From Oopsacas minuta (Eukaryota; Animalia; Porifera): a DNA stretch of 9,371 nucleotides. The DNA lies in the NCBI GenBank assembly GCA_024704765.1, contig JAKMXF010000172.1, positions 1-9,371 of the forward strand, written 5' to 3'. The position numbers were made by a program, and so were the translations under genes. Numbering within the stretch: the stretch's first letter is position 1; each line of letters opens with the position of its first letter. This document shows positions 1 to 5,823 of the stretch, one piece after another. Below the pieces are notes generated by a model. It did not search any database. It saw only the letters and a list, made by a program, of their open reading frames with translations, and was not told where the DNA came from.

Positions 1-1
1 A

Positions 2-1828
2 TTTATTCAATTTATTAATACTTTTACGTAATTCTTCAGTAATGGCTATAATTTGGGCTTGAACAGTCTCATATTCACTCTCCACTTTATGGACTATCAT
101 TTGAGCTGATATTACCTTACCGTTCGCATCTTGATATCTTTCTTTCAGTTGATTGAAGGTTTTCTTGACAGTTCTGCGTTTGATAGTAAAATAATAACCC
201 ATGTTCCTGTGTTGCATCCAATGACATCCCTTTCTACATACTTTACAATGGGCATTCGCCTTACCCCCAGCATCCATAGCAGAGCACCTATACTTCTCTC
301 CGTCATTTGTAATTCCGCATGATGGATGACACGTAAAATTGCAGATTAGGCAGTTCGTCACATAAGTGTTGGGTTCTAGGTCATGTTTATCAATACTATC
401 TTCTTCAACTTCATACGTAAAGTTCTTGTTACGAGTAATATCCGCATTATGTTGTTTAACGATTTGAGCTAACTGTTTAAGGTATTCTAATTTGTTGAGA
501 CCTTGCTTAACACGAAATTGAAGCCCCTCAACCTGAGTTTCTATTCGTTCCCTTTCCTCAAGTACCAACTTAGTTTGCGTCAATGATTTAGCACATGTAG
601 TGGGAAATAGATTGAAAAAGATATCAAAACTTTTCATTCCCATCTTCCAAAACATCTTAGAAAGTTCGTCCTCTGTGGAGCTATCTTCGAAAATGACAGA
701 ATTATTGAATTTAAAATAGTCTTTGTATGGCATTTGGACTCCATCGATACCATTCAACACTTGAGGGGTTCTCCCATCCGCGAATGTCAGCATTAGGTAG
801 ATATTCTCACCTATATCCTTCCCGAAGAGCGCCAGTATCTGATCGAAAATATATTTCTGAGTTATGGTAAGTCGCGGAAGAGATGATTGAGCTACTATAC
901 CGACTGCATTAATATGACCTATCCCCTGGCTTACTGGGGCAGTCAAGAATGCTTTAATCTGTTTCATAATCTCTGCATCCCTCTTAATTCCCTTCGTATC
1001 CCCGAAACCAGGAGTGTCTATTATTGTTAAATTGTAATTTACTTTGAATTCCTTCTGGTGATGAATCGTATACGCAGTTATCCAAGTTGTTTGGCTCTGA
1101 GCCTGGTTTTGTTGGCTATCAATGCCCTCAATTACCAATTTGAAACGAACATTATCCTCAAATTCTACACCAAACACGTAGTTTATCATGCTATTTATGA
1201 GCGTGGACTTGCCTGAACCCGTTGCACCTACTAGCAATATAACTTTATCTTTGATAACAGATGTTCCTATGTTGGGCTGGCCAAACTCAAGCTTTCTGAA
1301 TTTATATTTTTGATTGCAGAATACTTGTTTCAAATTCACATGATATATTTTCATTTTGCCAATTATTTCGCATCTCATCAACTCTCTACAGATTCTATTT
1401 CTTAATTCATCACTAGTCGTCATTATTTGATCTTGATTTCGAACTTCCACGTTTGTGCTTCTTTTTGGAATACATTTTTCACTCAAAACTCTCAACGTTC
1501 GAAAACTAAACAATTTCTCTTGCACATTTTTGTTTTTATTTACGTCATCAATAGGAGCGTGTTGACATGCAGAATCATCCGCTGGTATACAATGTTGCAG
1601 TTTATCTTGATTTTTGCGAAGATCGCGAAATGGTGGTGTTCTTTGTGACTGATTGAGATTTTGACTAAAGTTTTGTGGACGAGGCGAATAATGTGATGAA
1701 GATTCCTTAGCCAATTTTTCAATATTCTCTTTCAAACTATTATTTGCATTATTCCGTATTTTATGAATTTGAAGAAATCCGAACAAGACAAAGAGAAAGG
1801 AAATAAAGAATAGTAGTTCTATGAACAT
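2..1828 (-). CDS. Membrane-anchored TRAFAC-class P-loop GTPase (septin/AIG1-GIMAP-like G domain) with coiled coil and Cys/His-rich domain; intronless, 3' end beyond the left window edge (at least 609 aa)
   Basis: Manual translation finds no stop from ATG 1828-1826 to base 2; the nearest upstream in-frame stop is 1903-1901. It starts MFIELLFFISFLFVLFGFLQIH (hydrophobic). G1 is GATGSGKS (1228-1205), the probable G2 Thr lies in SQTTW, G3 is DTPG (1018-1007), and the G4-like motif is TFAD (787-776). A heptad-rich region follows (EERERIETQVEGLQFRVKQGLNKLEYLKQ), then CLICNFTCHPSC...CSAM...HCKVCRKGCHWMQH (352-209). It is colinear with the plus-strand paralogue. Confidence 0.93.
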   Translation of the reverse strand, partial: MFIELLFFISFLFVLFGFLQIHKIRNNANNSLKENIEKLAKESSSHYSPRPQNFSQNLNQSQRTPPFRDLRKNQDKLQHCIPADDSACQHAPIDDVNKNKNVQEKLFSFRTLRVLSEKCIPKRSTNVEVRNQDQIMTTSDELRNRICRELMRCEIIGKMKIYHVNLKQVFCNQKYKFRKLEFGQPNIGTSVIKDKVILLVGATGSGKSTLINSMINYVFGVEFEDNVRFKLVIEGIDSQQNQAQSQTTWITAYTIHHQKEFKVNYNLTIIDTPGFGDTKGIKRDAEIMKQIKAFLTAPVSQGIGHINAVGIVAQSSLPRLTITQKYIFDQILALFGKDIGENIYLMLTFADGRTPQVLNGIDGVQMPYKDYFKFNNSVIFEDSSTEDELSKMFWKMGMKSFDIFFNLFPTTCAKSLTQTKLVLEERERIETQVEGLQFRVKQGLNKLEYLKQLAQIVKQHNADITRNKNFTYEVEEDSIDKHDLEPNTYVTNCLICNFTCHPSCGITNDGEKYRCSAMDAGGKANAHCKVCRKGCHWMQHRNMGYYFTIKRRTVKKTFNQLKERYQDANGKVISAQMIVHKVESEYETVQAQIIAITEELRKSINKLNK

Positions 1829-1863
1829 TTCACTGATGTGTTCTTTGATCCATACATATCTAG

Positions 1864-1883
1864 TATTTATACTTGCAGAACTA
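1864..1883 (-). promoter_or_regulatory. Core promoter element with TATA box (TAGTTCTGCAAGTATAAATA) of the intact GTPase gene
   Basis: Canonical TATAAATA begins 43 nt upstream of ATG 1828. The 20-mer is 19/20 identical to 5768-5787 upstream of the paralogue. Confidence 0.7.
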
Positions 1884-2080
1884 AAGGCTCCTAGAATTAA
1901 CTAGAAGTTTATGCATTGTGTTGACGAGATAACTCGCAATTAGTGTTAAGATAACGAGCCGCTTCGCTTGCTCCCGATGCGGGGCTTGGTAAGGCTTTGT
2001 GTTAGCATGGGACTCGGCACTTCGTGCCTCGAATTTGGCAAAAGCATAAAATTGCATCAATAAATAAATATTTCATATAT

Positions 2081-2860
2081 TTGTTTACTCTATATTCATC
2101 AAAACAATAACTTCATCTATAAGAAACTTGAAAATGCGAAATCGGGATTCAACGAACTGGATTACCCCTATAAGTTTGATGAGCATAAATCTCAAAGTAT
2201 ACTTCGAGAATTCAATTATTCGTTTACTTTCTATTCATAAAACAACAAATTAATTCACATATGATTAATTGGAGTGTGAAAATCGGAATCAGTATACTCT
2301 ATTACCCTAATGTAATTGTTTACTTTTCCAATATCGTCGTCAGAAGGATATATTATTCCCTATATCATATACCAGATCATAATCCCTATCATCATAATAC
2401 AAAAGTGGACAAACAAACAAACAGGCGATAATTGAGTTTTATATTAACGAGCCTTTGGCTCGTCGCTTCGCGATGAACTCGGCGCATTGCACCTCGAGGT
2501 ATTCAACGGACAAACAAACAGACAAACAACAATTGAGATTTAATAATATTGATGTTGTTTACAATATTCGGACTCAGCATACTCGATTACCCCCGTACAA
2601 TCTTTGAAAGTATGATTCTACCTCAATTTTGAAATTTGTTTACTTTATATTCAGAAAAACAACAATAAATTTACATATGAGAAACTTGAAAAAGCGAAAT
2701 TTGGATTCAGCGTACTTACTTACCCCCGGGTAGCCGTTTAGAGCAAGCCTGTACGTATATTTTGAGATTTGGATAATTTGTTTACTTTATATTCATAAAA
2801 ACAACAATAAATTTACATAAAAGAAACTTGAGAATGCGAATTTCGGATTCGGCAAGTTCG
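2081..2860. repeat. Degenerate ~140-bp tandem repeat internal to the Helitron-like elements
   Basis: The unit core TTGTTTACTTTATATTCATAAAAACAACAATAAATTTACATATGAGAAACTTGAAAATGCGAAATTCGGATTCAGC..TTACCCC occurs near-complete at ~2081, ~2221, ~2636 and ~2778, with partial copies at ~2316 and ~2555. GTTTACT anchors are spaced 139 nt (2083 to 2222) and 142 nt (2638 to 2780). Confidence 0.85.
2448..2552 (-). mobile_element. 105-bp minimal Helitron-like element inside the larger cluster
   Basis: Minus strand: A|TCAATATTATTAAATCTCAATTGTTGTTTGTCTGTTTGTTTGTCCG...GCGAAGCGACGAGCCAAAGGCTCG|T. It has both termini of the larger element and a perfect 7-bp stem ACGAGCC-TTT-GGCTCGT (2447-2463). Confidence 0.55.
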
Positions 2861-3375
2861 ATATGTTTAGTGAAGTTTTATTGAATTCTATTTACTTCCT
2901 TGATAAAAATGGTAAATACATAGTTATGCTACAATTTCAAAATTGCATACCGTAAATCCTTTCCTTAACAACGGACAAACAAACAAACAATCATTGAGAT
3001 TTAATAATATAGATATAGATTAAAAAGAAGAAGTTGGGAGATATGGAATCAAGGTTCAAAGGTGTATAGAAATGGTATGCTCTAGCCTAGAGTTGCAGGA
3101 TCGGACCGCGGACCAGACTGATAAAACACTACTAGCTTTACCTAGAGAGGAGGGTACCCGCATAATAACCACGGAGTTATTGTTGTGCAGGCGCTTATGT
3201 CGTGGAGCGACTCAAAACCAAGCGAAGCGGGTTGGCACATAATTTTATCCAAAAGAAGTATGCGATTCAAATTTACTGTTGCATGATGTAATCATTCATT
3301 CAAAGAAGAGGTAAATATATATCACGTGTTATAGTGCAAGGTGTCCCCCTAATTTAGTCACATTCATAGGCAAAA

Positions 3376-3790
3376 CTAGGGCCATTTTGGGTAGACATGT
3401 ACCCATCCAGATTTGACTCCGTCATAATACAAAAGGCATAGGGCGGGTGGGCATGAAGTAATCTTTTCCCACCCTAACTCATAAGCCTAGTTACATGTAT
3501 AACTCTATCTAGGGCCAATACTCACTCAATACTCAGTTAGTCACCCCTTTAGATCAGATGATGAGCTTCTGGCTAGATAGGACGGTACTGTATACTATGA
3601 TCATAAATTAGCTATCCTCCTTACTTGTTGTAGCGTCTTTCAATTTATCCTACAGGAATAACATTCTATCACCTTTTCTCAAAGATGAGTCAACATTTCG
3701 CTTAGATATGTTCCTAAGTTTAACCACTTTGTACAGATGCCAAATTTCAGGATTACATCTCTTATCAGTTTCTCAATCAACCTGGTAAAA
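3376..3790 (-). mobile_element. Possible highly decayed DIRS-type (tyrosine-recombinase retrotransposon) relic
   Basis: Minus-strand EKLI/RCNPEIW (3760-3740) resembles the [VC]NPEIW motif I associate with DIRS gag-like ORF1. A downstream same-strand W..CPP...PKWP (PKWP at 3390-3379) weakly resembles the C-terminus of DIRS pol. Stops and frameshifts are present, and the recognition is from memory only. Confidence 0.3.
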
Positions 3791-4905
3791 AAGTTTCAAT
3801 GTACAGCATAAGAGATATACGTAGATAGATTTGTAACTATTTCAAATGAAATAATTAATAAGTAAGGATCGTGAAGCTTGATACAAAAGTAAATTTGCTA
3901 GAAAAACCCTGAACAGTTGGTAGGTATGTACCAAATGATTACCTAGGAGCGCCGGACGCTCCTCTAGGCCCACATTTGATGAAGTTATATTTAGGAGCGT
4001 GAAAATTGAGGATCTTTCCCTATACCGAAACATTAATATATTGATTTAGGCGTATGTAAATTCGGGAGGAGGAGTGCTAGAAGCGTGCTGGGAAACCTGT
4101 ATAACCGCCTGTTATGTACGTATTCTTTGGTAAATATAATTACAGTAGTATTGGAGGTCCGAGTTGAAGTTATGAGTACCACCTGGATCTTGTTGATCAT
4201 CTCGTATTATTCTATGAGTCATCTCCCACTTATATCTATATGAAACAATAATTTCGTAATATCACCTGAAATTATAAGTAAATTTGATATTCTGAAGGAG
4301 ATTACGACATATCCTGCAAAATCCAAATTTTATTGATATTTAATCATATCAATTATATACTGATTGGCATTCTAATGGAGATGATGTAATCTCAGTATGG
4401 CAATAACTTTCAATTAGAATATGATAATATGTATTATGAATTAATCCTATGAATAGTAACCTATAGAAGTTAGTTGTTGATAGATCAAATACAGGTTTTA
4501 AGAAAGTACATTAGCATTGAGATCTCAAGGTGGTTAATGTCAGATCTGGACATATTAGGGGTTTGCTAGTCAAGTTTACAACCTGGAATAACAGGCCATT
4601 AAAAAACTCCAAATTACTACAAAACCTGTGTATATCGGCCAACATCTCTATCCACTTTTGGCCAGTCCCTTCGTAGTAGTGAAATTTGACTTTATTGAAA
4701 CGGATAGGTTTAAGAAATCCATGAAATTGGTAAAATTGTTCCTGTTTGTATAATTATATATTCATAGTCCGTATGCATTGTGGAATATCATTTTAGCTCA
4801 TTTGCGGTGATACAAGCTCTGCGGATTTTGAAAAATAAATCGACACATGGTGCTCGAATATTAGCAAAAATTATCCAACGATAATCCTCTTCCAAAGGCC
4901 CAAAC

Positions 4906-5035
4906 TAAGGTATTGTATCGTGCGATCACAATCGCGATCTGTTTTTGACGATCGGAGGATGATCACCGACCATTTTATAGACAGTGATCGAGTGTAAGAT
5001 CGCGATCATTAATTTGGTGATTGACTAATGCCCTA
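4906..5035. mobile_element. 130-bp hAT-type MITE
   Basis: Imperfect TIRs TAAGGTATT / AATGCCCTA (7/9 match). The flanking 8-mers GCCCAAAC (4898-4905) and ACACAAAC (5036-5043) match at 6/8, consistent with an aged 8-bp hAT target-site duplication. Subterminal CGATC/GATCGCGATC motifs are repeated. Confidence 0.65.
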
Positions 5036-5229
5036 ACACAAACCAACAACCAAGAGCTGGTCGGACATCCGTGCTACACTCAGAAGCAATCTTGACACCA
5101 AACCAAGCGTAAAATTCTTCACTACAGTGAGAATATTGAGAAAGCTTCACAAGTGCAATATTCTAGGGTTTATTATGCTGTCTTATTCTGGTGCATAACC
5201 CGAAATCCGAGGCGTGTGAGCCTCACTGG

Positions 5230-5655
5230 CTAGTATAGATAACGTTCACAATAGTGATCTATTTTGGCGATCGGAAGATGTTCGCCTATATTTAGAAACA
5301 GTGATCGAATGGAAGATCGCGATCATTTTTCCCGAAAATATTTCAAGTATATTTTCGGTCATTTTAGGGTGACAGAATATTAAATTGTGAATCTAGAACC
5401 CAAAATTGATATTAAAATGTATTTACTAATTTTCAAGGTAATCGGACTTGCAGAATTCGCATGGCCTAGGGGCGGACGGACGCAAGTAATAGAGCATATA
5501 GCAGGTGCTTGTAAATTTCAAAAAGTGATCGGAAAATGATCGTGAACGTGATCACGATCCTTTTAGGCGCAAAGATCTGGATCACGATTCATTTTTAATG
5601 AAAGATCATAATTGTGATCGCGATCATTAATTTGGTTATCGACTTAAGTGCCCTA
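5230..5655. mobile_element. Longer (~430 bp) member of the same hAT-type MITE family, left end degraded
   Basis: 5247-5327 aligns with 4927-5010 (CACAAT.G.GATCT...GATCGGA.GATG...ACAGTGATCGA.TG.AAGATCGCGATCATT). The right end GATCGCGATCATTAATTTGGTTATCGACTTAAGTGCCCTA matches the right end of 4906-5035. The left boundary is approximate. Confidence 0.6.
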
Positions 5656-5767
5656 ATGACTGCACGCATGTATCTAGGTATGGTACTAGACATATAGGCC
5701 GACCTAATGGTTGATTAAGTCCGCAAATGTATCTTACGAAATAAACTAGAGACACACATACACTAAC

Positions 5768-5787
5768 TAGTTCAGCAAGTATAAATA
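5768..5787 (+). promoter_or_regulatory. Core promoter element with TATA box (TAGTTCAGCAAGTATAAATA) of the GTPase pseudogene
   Basis: TATAAATA at 5780-5787 begins 44 nt upstream of ATG 5824. The 20-mer is 19/20 identical to the element at 1883-1864. Confidence 0.65.
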
Positions 5788-5823
5788 TAGATGAATCACA
5801 AATTTTGTCAGATATTCAGTAGA

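Larger units (their letters stand above)
1955..3013 (-). mobile_element. Nested/tandem non-autonomous Helitron-like (rolling-circle) elements
   Basis: On the minus strand the 5' end reads A|TCTATATTATTAAATCTCAATGATTGTTTGTTTGTTTGTCCGT (TC start plus (TTTG)n microsatellite). The 3' end reads ...GAGCAAGCGAAGCGGCTCG|T, with hairpins (GGCAC-TTC-GTGCC at 2016-2028), and the insertion sits between host A and T. The microsatellite/5'-end block occurs three times (2407-2445, 2506-2552, 2971-3013) and the 3'-end block twice (1955-2031, 2448-2496). The 5' boundary could be 3013 or 3019. Confidence 0.6.

Noticed and set aside
131-1722. ORF-track entries 131..322 (+), 1427..1648 (+) and 1540..1722 (-)
   Set aside because: They are short antisense or out-of-frame shadows of the 609-codon GTPase ORF, rely on non-ATG starts and show no recognisable motifs.
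2081-3013. Repeat cluster as a CRISPR-like array
   Set aside because: The units are long, degenerate and tandem, without unique spacers of constant length or cas genes, and the context is eukaryotic.
3942-3968. GC-rich hairpin AGGAGCG-CCGGA-CGCTCCT followed by CTAGG as a Helitron 3' end or terminator
   Set aside because: CTAG directly abuts the stem and is followed by G rather than T. There is no matching 5' end and no U-tract.
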